A stretch of DNA of 64,000 nt from Bacteroidia bacterium. GTDB lineage: Bacteria; Bacteroidota; Bacteroidia; SpSt-205. Each line of letters opens with the position of its first letter. Positions within the stretch are counted from its first letter, which is position 1. A program made the position numbers and the translations under genes. This document shows positions 28,763 to 37,572 of this stretch, piece by piece. The notes under the pieces are model-generated. The model ran no database searches, was not told the origin of the DNA, and was given only the letters and a program-made list of their open reading frames with translations. The stretch is from positions 151 through 64,150 of the forward strand of contig JANWXY010000085.1 of NCBI GenBank assembly GCA_025057135.1. Reading direction: 5' to 3'.

Positions 28763-30096
28763 CAGGCAAAGCTACGCCAATACAAACGAAAGGTGGTCCC
28801 CCGCCCTGGCTGCGACTCCACTTGGATAGCTACCCCTTGTTGGGTCAGAATGGCATGAGCGATAGGCAGCCCTAAGCCTGTGCCTTTCTCACCGGCGGTG
28901 CCTGGACGGCTGCGCCGAAAAGTTGGGTCCCAGAGGGCTTTCACCTCCTCAGGAGTCATACCTATGCCTGTATCACTTATCTCTACCACTACACCACCCT
29001 CACCGAGGGCTACCCGCATTTTTACCTCACCGCCGGTAGGGGTGTATTTGACAGCATTTGAGAGTATATTGAATAAGGCTTCGGCGGTATATACGGGATC
29101 GCCTTGACTGGTAAGAGGGGCTACATCCGCGCTCCATTGGACACCTTTTGCTTCAAGCTGGGGTAAAATAAGGGCATGTAGGCGTCTGACCATATCCTCC
29201 CATGAAAAAGCCTCTGGACGCAGTACGATGTCCTTCTGAGAAAGGCGGCTAAGGTCTAAGAGATTTTTGACGTATTTTTCCAGCTCTGTGAGGGTTTTTT
29301 CTAAGACTTCGGCATAGCGGCTCAAGCTGGGAGAACTGCTCGTGCCTTGTCGGAGGAGAGCGGAGAGCTGTTTGAGTCCGCTGAGTGGGCTACGAAGGTC
29401 ATGAGAAACGATTTTTACCCATGCCTCCCGCTGCGAAGTTAGAGCCCGCAGCTCCTGAATCGTAGTGGCAAGATGGGCTGTTCGCGCTTCTATTTGCTTT
29501 TCCAGTTCATCCAGTAGTTTCAAATGAGCCTGTCGAAGGGCATGGGTGCGCGTGAAAAGCTCCTGCGCCTCTACCCTAGCGGGAGTTTGTGGAGCCCCAG
29601 ACGGGAAAAACTTCGCCTGCCATTCAGAAGTAACGCTGGGAAGGTCGGATAGCTTTTCGCAAGCCAAGAGCGCCTGCATGTACTTGAGCAGCTCTTGGGT
29701 AAGATACACCCGCTCATCCCGCTCCATCTCAATCTCGTAGCTACGAAGGGCTTCCTGTACCGTAAGCCGCAAATCTTCCACCTCCCAAGGTTTGGCAATG
29801 TACCGAAAGAGGCGAGCTTGATTGACGACCTTGCCGATATTTTCGGCACCTGCTTGACCCGTGAGGAGGATAAGCCGCGCTTGGGGCAGTTCTCTATGAG
29901 CAGCAATCAAAAAATCGTCTCCTCTCATCCCCGGCATCAAATAATCCGCAATAATCACAGCAGGACAACCGCTCAGGAGAGATAGCGCCTCTTCTCCGCT
30001 ATATGCGCCTTCTATCCACACCCCCAAAGACAGGAGCTGAGCTGTAAGCGCCTCAACCACAGAAGGCTCATCATCTACTATGAGCACCGTTTGCAT
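28762..30096 (-). CDS. Cytoplasmic hybrid REC-histidine kinase
   Basis: Receiver LIVDDE...ADYLMP...LLTGQA...KPW; H-box SHDLRSPL; [16 protein letters not shown] and [12 protein letters not shown] 30096 preferred. Confidence 0.88.
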   Translation of the reverse strand: MQTVLIVDDEPSVVEALTAQLLSLGVWIEGAYSGEEALSLLSGCPAVIIADYLMPGMRGDDFLIAAHRELPQARLILLTGQAGAENIGKVVNQARLFRYIAKPWEVEDLRLTVQEALRSYEIEMERDERVYLTQELLKYMQALLACEKLSDLPSVTSEWQAKFFPSGAPQTPARVEAQELFTRTHALRQAHLKLLDELEKQIEARTAHLATTIQELRALTSQREAWVKIVSHDLRSPLSGLKQLSALLRQGTSSSPSLSRYAEVLEKTLTELEKYVKNLLDLSRLSQKDIVLRPEAFSWEDMVRRLHALILPQLEAKGVQWSADVAPLTSQGDPVYTAEALFNILSNAVKYTPTGGEVKMRVALGEGGVVVEISDTGIGMTPEEVKALWDPTFRRSRPGTAGEKGTGLGLPIAHAILTQQGVAIQVESQPGRGTTFRLYWRSFA

Positions 30097-30196
30097 CGGG
30101 GCGATATTACCAAAGCCTCGCCAAATAGCTCCATTTTTGTACATTTGCCTGGATAATCATATCTGCCTGTACCAAACCTTACTCCCAAAGCAGCCT

Positions 30197-31885
30197 ATGA
30201 CCGACACAGGTCAAACCTTACAAGAGTATCAAGCTTATTTAGAGGCGCTGGATCGCCCCGCCCTCCTCAAGGAAGCCAGAGCTCAAGGAATAACAAGCCC
30301 CCATCGTCTAAAAAATGTTGAGCTTATTCAGCAGCTCGTCCTCCAAAAAGCCGAAGAAATGGCAAAGCTGACACTAACTGAATCCACTCCCTCCAACGGA
30401 GACTCCGCCACCCCAACTAAGCGAAAGCGGAATCGTTTCAAAGTTACCGAGCGGACCGGCTTTTCCGAAGTAGAAGATAGCTCTCTGTCCTCGGAGCCAC
30501 CAGCTATGTCTGAACTTCCTGAGCAAACAGACTCCGTGTTGGCTCTCCCTCCTGACACTTCCTCCGCAGAGGCTGCCGCAGAGACCTTCTTTGAAGCGCC
30601 TGCCTCAGCCCTGCCCTCCGTTGAGCCCCCTTCACTTACTCCATCCCAGGTAGAAGATGCGGAAAGTGTCATAATACCTACTTCCCCCTCCGAAGAAGGG
30701 CATGAGGTGGTAGAGAGTTCTGTCAGCGTTCGGGAGATCCCATTAGTAGAGCTCATAGAGAAGCTCACCGTCTCTGCCACGGGGGTATTTTGGATAGATA
30801 AGAAATCTAACCACGGCGTTTTGCGTTCGCCTTATTACAGTTACAAAAGCTCCCCTGACGATATTTATGTGCCTCAATCGCTCATCCGAAAATACGGACT
30901 ACGCATAGGCGATACCATAGAGGGACGCGTGCGACTCCCCAAAGAAAACGAACGGTACTACACCCTCGTAGACGTAGAGCTTGTGAATGGCTATCCTCCG
31001 ATTTATTTGCGAGATAGAGTATCTCTGGAACATCTGACGCCGCTCTTTCCCACAGAACGGTTTCAACTGTCTGAGGGCACAAATGACCTGTCTCTGAGAG
31101 TAGTGGACCTTTTCGCACCTATAGGCAAGGGGCAAAGAGCCCTAATCGTCGCCCAACCTAAAACAGGCAAGACCATTCTCCTTCAAAAGATTGCCAACGC
31201 TATCATACGCAATCACCCGGAAGCCTACGTCATAGTTCTACTGATTGATGAGCGTCCTGAAGAAGTGACCGATTTTTCCCGCAACGTGCCGGCAGAAGTC
31301 GTAGCGTCAACCTTTGACGAGCCGGCTGAGCGTCAGGTAGAAGTCGCGGAAATCGTAATAGAAAAGGCACGTCGCTTGGCAGAAAGCAAAGTGGATGTGG
31401 TGGTACTTTTAGACTCTATCACACGCCTGGCACGGGCTTATAACGCAGCCACCCCTGTCTCTGGTCGCATACTCACGGGCGGCATGGACTCAGCTGCCCT
31501 CCACAAGCCCAAACGATTCTTCGGAGCAGCCCGAAAAATAGAAGAAGGCGGGTCCCTCACTATCATCGCCACCGCTCTCATAGATACTGGCAGCCGCATG
31601 GATGAAGTGGTCTTTGAAGAATTCAAAGGCACAGGCAATATGGAGCTCCAGCTGGACCGCCAACTCGCTAATAAGCGCATCTTCCCCGCTATCAATGTCT
31701 TAGAGTCCGGAACTCGCCATGAAGAGCTCCTGATTGACTCATCCCAACTGGGACGAATATGGCTCCTGCGAAAGTTTCTGTCCGAAATGAAGCCCGTAGA
31801 AGCCACAGAGTTTCTTTTAGACCGCATGCGACACACCCGCACAAATGAGGAGTTTTTAGATATCATGAGTAAATGGTCTCAGTAG
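30197..31885 (+). CDS. rho: Transcription termination factor Rho with an N-terminal low-complexity insertion
   Basis: [56 protein letters not shown] and [15 protein letters not shown] 30197 preferred because ORF-track start 30080 overlaps the divergent gene. Confidence 0.96.
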   Translation: MTDTGQTLQEYQAYLEALDRPALLKEARAQGITSPHRLKNVELIQQLVLQKAEEMAKLTLTESTPSNGDSATPTKRKRNRFKVTERTGFSEVEDSSLSSEPPAMSELPEQTDSVLALPPDTSSAEAAAETFFEAPASALPSVEPPSLTPSQVEDAESVIIPTSPSEEGHEVVESSVSVREIPLVELIEKLTVSATGVFWIDKKSNHGVLRSPYYSYKSSPDDIYVPQSLIRKYGLRIGDTIEGRVRLPKENERYYTLVDVELVNGYPPIYLRDRVSLEHLTPLFPTERFQLSEGTNDLSLRVVDLFAPIGKGQRALIVAQPKTGKTILLQKIANAIIRNHPEAYVIVLLIDERPEEVTDFSRNVPAEVVASTFDEPAERQVEVAEIVIEKARRLAESKVDVVVLLDSITRLARAYNAATPVSGRILTGGMDSAALHKPKRFFGAARKIEEGGSLTIIATALIDTGSRMDEVVFEEFKGTGNMELQLDRQLANKRIFPAINVLESGTRHEELLIDSSQLGRIWLLRKFLSEMKPVEATEFLLDRMRHTRTNEEFLDIMSKWSQ

Positions 31886-32892
31886 GAGCACCAATCTGGA
31901 CGCTGAGTTTAGCGGATTTAGAAGAATGGACGAAATCAAAAGGAGAACCACTTTACCGAGCACAGCAGATATGGCGCTGGCTTTGGGAAAAAGGGGTATC
32001 CAGTATCAATCAAATGAGCGATCTTCCCGCCCGATTGCGCGTCAGCTTAGCAAGCGAGTTTGCCCTTACTTTTCCTCAGCTCGTCCATGAGTCAGTAAGT
32101 AAAGATAAAACTCGTAAGTTTCTCTGGGAAATGCCCGAGGGAGGTAGGGTAGAAACGGTATGGATTCCCCATTCTAACCGTTACACCGTATGCATATCCA
32201 GTCAGGTCGGCTGCAGCTTGAACTGCCGATTCTGTGCCACAGGTCAGTTAGGCTTAGAGCGACAGCTCAAAGGATATGAAATCCTACTACAAGTGTATGC
32301 CGTCAAGCACCTACTCGGACTTCCGGTGACTCATGTGGTCTTCATGGGAATGGGCGAACCGCTACTCAACTATACCGCAGTAATAGAGGCCCTCACAGGT
32401 CTCAGCCAAAAGCTCAAGCTTAGCCCTAAGCGGATAACTATTTCCACAGTAGGAATCCCTAAAGGCATCCTGCGATTAGCCGAACGAAAGGAACCCTTTG
32501 AGCTGGCTTTTTCTCTCCATAGCGCCATACCCGAGAAGCGTCAAATGCTCATTCCGCTCGCAGCTCATATTCCTCTGGAAGAGATTAGACATGCGCTGGG
32601 CACCTACTGCGAGAAGCGCCAGGAGTGGGTAACGCTGGAATATGTCCTATTAGAAGGGGTAAATGACACTCCGAAAGATGCGGAAGCCCTGCGGGCTTTT
32701 GTCGCTCCACCCGTCCGCGCCAAGGTAAATCTAATCCAATACAACCCAGTGCCCGGACTGCCCTTCCAGGGCTCTAAACGGCTGTCCGAGTTCCAAAAGT
32801 CTCTCATGCAGCGAGGGCTATTAGCCACTATCCGCCGAAGTCGCGGAGCGGACATCGCCGCAGGGTGCGGACAATTAGCCCGACAGGTATAA
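31873..32892 (+). CDS. rlmN: Dual-specificity RNA methyltransferase RlmN
   Basis: [15 protein letters not shown] radical-SAM motif, [20 protein letters not shown] and [12 protein letters not shown]. Confidence 0.95.
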   Translation: MVSVGAPIWTLSLADLEEWTKSKGEPLYRAQQIWRWLWEKGVSSINQMSDLPARLRVSLASEFALTFPQLVHESVSKDKTRKFLWEMPEGGRVETVWIPHSNRYTVCISSQVGCSLNCRFCATGQLGLERQLKGYEILLQVYAVKHLLGLPVTHVVFMGMGEPLLNYTAVIEALTGLSQKLKLSPKRITISTVGIPKGILRLAERKEPFELAFSLHSAIPEKRQMLIPLAAHIPLEEIRHALGTYCEKRQEWVTLEYVLLEGVNDTPKDAEALRAFVAPPVRAKVNLIQYNPVPGLPFQGSKRLSEFQKSLMQRGLLATIRRSRGADIAAGCGQLARQV

Positions 32893-32950
32893 CGACCGCC
32901 CCTTTGACCTAAGCGCATTATCTGTACCTTTGCAGAATAAACCTAAGATT

Positions 32951-34393
32951 ATGAGCACAGTATTGGCTACCCACGGTTTAAACTTTCGTCCAGCATGGCT
33001 TGAACTTTCATACAGCAGATGGGAACTCTTAGCTCCCTCTTGGACCGCCCGAAAGCAACTGTTAGAGTCTCGTAACGAGTACTCTGCGTATCAAAAAGAT
33101 GCTTTCCATAAGTGGGGAGCAGATTTTCTCATGCTGCAGGGGGTTGTGCATTTTTCGCCAGAGACCTGGGCGATTTATGCTAAGAATGGCTACGACCCGA
33201 TCGCCCTGACCGCAGGCTCCACCTATCCATCTCCTACAGAAGCTCATATGCATCTGACCTCTCTGGTGAATGCCATGGAAGCCCTCAGGGAACTTAGTCA
33301 GACGGATCGCCCACTGGATTTAGGGACTTTCACGACAATCCTCCAGAAAGCACTCGGTGGAACGTTGACTCTGCGCACCAACTCTTCTAATGGTCCTACC
33401 CGTGGCCTACCATCCACTGAAGTAGAAGCTGCTTTCGGAGCGTTACTTTCGGAGATGCATAATCAGTTGAATGCCGGCAGTTCTCCCATAGCTGTCGCGG
33501 CGTGGGCACACCATGCCTTTACACAGATACGGCCTTTTGCAGATGGAAATGCTCGCGCGGCCTTTCTCTTTACGCAATACATTTTATGGCGAAGCGGACT
33601 GCCGGGCATCTACCTAAAGCCTTACCATAGAGTGACTTATTATCGTAGCCTCCAAAAAGCTGACCAGTCACATTATCTACCTCTGGTACAGCTTTTCCTC
33701 ACAGGCCTTCAAGAAGCGGTACTTTATACCCTGAGCTGGACGGGGATTCAACAATCCTCTTATGAATCTGCTCTAAATACCTTCAATCAGCGTTTGGCAG
33801 AATGGCGTTCGCATCACGATAGAGAACGCTCCCAACGCATTATGCACAATCGCTATACGGTCTTTGACTATATGGAAGAAACTCTGAGGAGTATAGCTGG
33901 CGACCTGAATCAAAAGCTAAAAAATGAAGAAGGACGAGGCGCCCGAGCATTAGTGGCGAAAGCTTACCCCGACTCGCCGTACTACTATCAGTTTACCTCC
34001 GATATTGTAGAATATGCTCGTAAAAACGGCTACCATTTTAACCGAGGGTTGCCGCGCGGCTGGTTCAAGCTCAAATTTGCCTTATCAGCCAGTAAAAAGT
34101 ATCAGCTGGTCTTCACGCTTCATCATGCTGGATATGATGATGCGACCCTCGTAGTAGGGGCATTTCTCCACTTTTTAGAGCCTCTGAAATACCAGCAAAA
34201 AAGAATAGGACGCAACCGAGCTTCTCGTCGCAAAGAGAAAGTCAAGTATCTATTTTCCTTACTCCCCCTTCAAGTAGCCCCCATAGCTTTCTGTATAGAA
34301 AAAGACGTGCCTGCTGTGCGAACTCTCTTGCGCGAATATGCCGAAGGCCTTTTCGGGGAGGTATTGTCTGAAATTTCTAATGAAATCTATTAG
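32951..34393 (+). CDS. Fic/DOC-fold protein with a degenerate active site, plus an uncharacterised C-terminal domain
   Basis: AAWAHHAFTQIRPFADGNARAAF aligns with the Fic consensus HPFxDGNGRxxR; downstream YYRSLQKAD helix is typical of Fic. Confidence 0.8.
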   Translation: MSTVLATHGLNFRPAWLELSYSRWELLAPSWTARKQLLESRNEYSAYQKDAFHKWGADFLMLQGVVHFSPETWAIYAKNGYDPIALTAGSTYPSPTEAHMHLTSLVNAMEALRELSQTDRPLDLGTFTTILQKALGGTLTLRTNSSNGPTRGLPSTEVEAAFGALLSEMHNQLNAGSSPIAVAAWAHHAFTQIRPFADGNARAAFLFTQYILWRSGLPGIYLKPYHRVTYYRSLQKADQSHYLPLVQLFLTGLQEAVLYTLSWTGIQQSSYESALNTFNQRLAEWRSHHDRERSQRIMHNRYTVFDYMEETLRSIAGDLNQKLKNEEGRGARALVAKAYPDSPYYYQFTSDIVEYARKNGYHFNRGLPRGWFKLKFALSASKKYQLVFTLHHAGYDDATLVVGAFLHFLEPLKYQQKRIGRNRASRRKEKVKYLFSLLPLQVAPIAFCIEKDVPAVRTLLREYAEGLFGEVLSEISNEIY

Positions 34394-34399
34394 TCTTGT

Positions 34400-35296
34400 A
34401 TGACAGTAGTGAAAGCCCTTCCAGTTCAGGACATATATGCCTCCTCCACTCTAAACCTTGCTGCGAGTAGCTCGTATAACCTCGGTGTCTATCTGGATAT
34501 AGACCATCTCCTGTATGTCATATCAACTGACCGACATGAGCCGCTTTTTATCCGCTCATACAAAAATCGTGACGGATTAGAGTTGTCCCGTTTTTTGGAG
34601 GCCGCATGGCAGCAGGATGATATGATTCGTAAGCGCTATGCTCATGTGCTCGTACTCATAGATGCAGATAGATGGATGATCGTGCCGGCTGAATATGTAT
34701 CCGAGGGTCAGGAGATGGCATACCTTCAAGCTTACTACGACATACGCCCGAGCAGTGTCTCTTCGCTACCGTATGTAGCCCAGAAAGACATTCTGAAAGG
34801 GAGCGGAGCTACCTTTTTATATCTTGTACCAGTTAGTTTGAAAGAATACCTTTCCGCCCGTTCAGGAAGCATAGAATTTCATCATGCGAGTTACCGATAT
34901 ACGCAGTTGAGCCGTTATCTAATAGAAAACCACTTACAGCATCGCCCTTACGCAGGGATGGTCTGGTTATTTTTGGGCACTTTCTACTACTGCTTATTTG
35001 GAGGGGATCGCCTACTTTTTGTGAATAGATTTACTGCGGCTACGGCTGAAGATGTACTTTACTACATCCAAGGGCTTCATAATCTCCTAGGTATCAGCAA
35101 AGAACAGGTAGCTATCTCAGTCAGCGGCTATTCAGGGCTCAAGCCATACGTAGCCACCATATTGTACCGATTTTTCGGTGCTGGATATAAGGACCTGGGC
35201 AAAGTATATATAGCCCCTTCCACGCTCAAGGAAGCTGGCTTAGGTGGAGAAGATGTGCTGGCGCTAACTTTCGCTGGTGCGGATACTGCGGGGTAA
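34400..35296 (+). CDS. DUF3822-family protein
   Basis: C-terminal LLFVNRF...TAEDVLYY..LG motif, and position directly upstream of rsmD as is usual in Bacteroidota. Confidence 0.65.
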   Translation: MTVVKALPVQDIYASSTLNLAASSSYNLGVYLDIDHLLYVISTDRHEPLFIRSYKNRDGLELSRFLEAAWQQDDMIRKRYAHVLVLIDADRWMIVPAEYVSEGQEMAYLQAYYDIRPSSVSSLPYVAQKDILKGSGATFLYLVPVSLKEYLSARSGSIEFHHASYRYTQLSRYLIENHLQHRPYAGMVWLFLGTFYYCLFGGDRLLFVNRFTAATAEDVLYYIQGLHNLLGISKEQVAISVSGYSGLKPYVATILYRFFGAGYKDLGKVYIAPSTLKEAGLGGEDVLALTFAGADTAG

Positions 35297-35810
35297 GTGG
35301 CGCGGTAGGACTGTACCTTTCCCTGAAGGCGCCCCCACTCGTCCTCTCACAGAGAAAGCCCGTGAAGCGCTCTTCAACATTCTTAGTCACCACTGGAAAA
35401 TAGAAGGCACTAAGGTACTGGACCTCTTCGCTGGGTCTGGCGCTGTGGGATTGGAGTTTCTCTCCCGTGGCTCCGCCCATGCCACCTTCGTAGAAAATAA
35501 TCCCAAAGCCGCAGTCGCCCTAAAAGCCCTACTCACTGCTTGGAATGCTCCAGCCTCTGTGTATCAGATGGATGCACTGAATTTTTTGGAGGGAACGAGC
35601 CAACCGATGGATTTTATTTTCGCTGGTCCGCCTTTTCGGTATTGGCAGAAAAAAAAGCTTATAGAACTCATACAAAACAGAGGATGGCTTCGTAAGGGCG
35701 GATGCTTCATTTTAGAGCATCCTATTTATGAGTCTTACAGCCATTATAAAGGCTACTGGCGCACTGAAAGTTATGTAGCAAGTAGCCTTAGCTTTTTCCT
35801 GGCCGAATAG
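35277..35810 (+). CDS. rsmD: 16S rRNA m2G966 methyltransferase RsmD
   Basis: RILRGKWRGR, TRP...REALFNIL, VLDLFAGSGAVGLEFLSRG, FAGPPF and LEH. Confidence 0.9.
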   Translation: MRILRGKWRGRTVPFPEGAPTRPLTEKAREALFNILSHHWKIEGTKVLDLFAGSGAVGLEFLSRGSAHATFVENNPKAAVALKALLTAWNAPASVYQMDALNFLEGTSQPMDFIFAGPPFRYWQKKKLIELIQNRGWLRKGGCFILEHPIYESYSHYKGYWRTESYVASSLSFFLAE

Positions 35811-35951
35811 GAGATACTGAGCCCTTCTCTCGCCAGCTCTTGAAGAACGCGCCCCCTACACGGGGGCAGTTACACAGATTAAGCCTGTCGGAATGAGCCA
35901 AGCCGTGCGGGTTGGTAATCCATACTACACGCAAGCAGAGCATCTCATACA

Positions 35952-35984
35952 CTTGACTTTTTGAAATCAAGAATGCTAACTTTG
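35952..35984 (+). promoter_or_regulatory. Promoter of the fibre/Kelch gene with an overlapping palindrome
   Basis: CTTGA-N10-TCAAG (35952-35971) immediately upstream of TAACTTTG (35977-35984), which lies 8 nt before ATG 35993. Confidence 0.5.
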
Positions 35985-35992
35985 TCTTGAGT

Positions 35993-37453
35993 ATGAAGAA
36001 GAAAATGAGTAACCTCATCTTATCGGCTTGCTTAGGACTGATTACCACTCTCACCCTCTTGAAGGCGCAAAGCGTAGGTATTGGCACTGCCAATCCGCAT
36101 CCTCGGGCTATTCTGCATTTAGAAAGTAGGACGCAAGGCTTCCTTCCACCTCGTCTCAGTCAAGCGGAGCGAGACGCCATACCCGTCGCTGCCCGTCCAG
36201 AGGGCTTGGTAATCTACAATACTACCACGAAATGCTTAGAATACTGGAATGGTACCCAATGGATCAGCACCTGTGCCAGCACCGCTCCTTGTCAGTCGCC
36301 TCCACCTCCTACCGCCAGCAGTAATAGTCCCGTCTGCACTGGCGAAGCTATCAATCTCTCAGCTTCCAACATAACTGGAGCCACCTATGTCTGGACTGGG
36401 CCTAATGGTTTCTATTCCACAAATCAAAATCCCACCATCTCTAACGCCGCGACCGCCCATGCGGGCACCTACTGCGTGCGAGTGTATGTAGCTGGCTGCT
36501 GGTCCGACCCCGTGTGCGTGAATGTGACGGTAGTATCACCGCCGGGTACATGGACCCAAAAGGCGCCTTTTAATCTCAATCCTCCTCGACATGGTGGAGG
36601 ATACTTCGTATTGGGAGATACCATATTCGTGATAGACGGGCGGCGCTCAGATGTGTCCTGCTGTATTACAGCTTCTGGGTGCAGGCGATACATAATTTCT
36701 CTCAATACATGGCAATCCATGACATGCCCGCCTAACTCGCCGAGCGAAATCCGAATGGGTTTCGCACATAATGGGTGGGGGTATGTGACGATCGGAGGAT
36801 TAGATGGAGGGTCATTACAGAATGCTACATACAGGTACGATAGGGCAAACGACAGCTGGATATCTGTAGGTAACTTTCCTTATCAAGCATATGTTGTTCA
36901 ACTTAACATACAGAGAGCTGTTGGGGGTAGTTTTTACGCATTCGGGGGTGAAAAAAATTTTTGTCCCCAAATGCTCAGAGAAATCTTCCGCTTCAATCCC
37001 ACCACACAGCAGTGGAGCATAGTAGGCAATTTTACTACTAACGACAATCATAGAGCAGGATTCATGTTTGTATTACCCTTTGACAATGTAATCTACTTCG
37101 GAGGCGGAGGGCACTGGGCTTGTCCTCAAGGATGCTGTAGTGGGTTGCCTCACTGGTATAAATACGAGCCCTCTACTGGCCAGGTTACCTACTTAGGCAC
37201 CCTACCCAATCCCCCCCAATATCTAACTTCGCACTCTTTTGTGCTGGGAGGCTACGGCTACGCACCCCGACTCACTGGCGGAAGGGTATACCTGTGGCGA
37301 TTAGACCCTCAGACCGAGACATGGTCTCGCATATGCACCCCTATGAAAGACTTTCCCGATGTATGCGCTGTGTATAATAACAAAGTCTATCTCATCAGCA
37401 CAGATGATGACGACGGCGACGGTATCCGTGAGCACTGGGAATGGGAGCCGTGA
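35993..37453 (+). CDS. Exported protein: VGIGT fibre-like N-module + Ig-like domain + Kelch propeller
   Basis: Signal ending KA|Q; SVGIGTANP..ILHLES..QGFLPPRL...GLVIYNTT..CLEYWNGTQW; SNSPVC...YVWTGPNGF Ig module; Kelch repeats (YVTIGG..YRYD...DSW, YAFGG..FRFNP..QQW, YFGGG..YKYEP). No T9SS CTD seen. Confidence 0.8.
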   Translation: MKKKMSNLILSACLGLITTLTLLKAQSVGIGTANPHPRAILHLESRTQGFLPPRLSQAERDAIPVAARPEGLVIYNTTTKCLEYWNGTQWISTCASTAPCQSPPPPTASSNSPVCTGEAINLSASNITGATYVWTGPNGFYSTNQNPTISNAATAHAGTYCVRVYVAGCWSDPVCVNVTVVSPPGTWTQKAPFNLNPPRHGGGYFVLGDTIFVIDGRRSDVSCCITASGCRRYIISLNTWQSMTCPPNSPSEIRMGFAHNGWGYVTIGGLDGGSLQNATYRYDRANDSWISVGNFPYQAYVVQLNIQRAVGGSFYAFGGEKNFCPQMLREIFRFNPTTQQWSIVGNFTTNDNHRAGFMFVLPFDNVIYFGGGGHWACPQGCCSGLPHWYKYEPSTGQVTYLGTLPNPPQYLTSHSFVLGGYGYAPRLTGGRVYLWRLDPQTETWSRICTPMKDFPDVCAVYNNKVYLISTDDDDGDGIREHWEWEP

Positions 37454-37571
37454 GGGTAGATATAGCCTTTGTAGAATGAAGACGAGCTGGTCGGTGTGAT
37501 AGGTTTTGGGGCGGCGCCGCAGGCGCCGCCCCCTCAGCTCGTCCCATCGCAGCCTATCTCCTCTCCCTCAC
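37450..37571. repeat. Nested inverted-repeat element between convergent genes
   Basis: Three nested stems: GTGAGGG(37450)/CCCTCAC(37571); GACGAGCTG(37481-37489)/CAGCTCGTC(37535-37543); GGGGCGGCGCC-GCA-GGCGCCGCCCC(37508-37532). Confidence 0.7.
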
Positions 37572-37572
37572 T

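Noticed and set aside
35993-37571. Diversity-generating retroelement target
   Set aside because: The downstream GNA-loop hairpin is suggestive, but the window has no reverse transcriptase, no template/variable repeat pair and no C-type-lectin-like C-terminus. It cannot be supported from this window.
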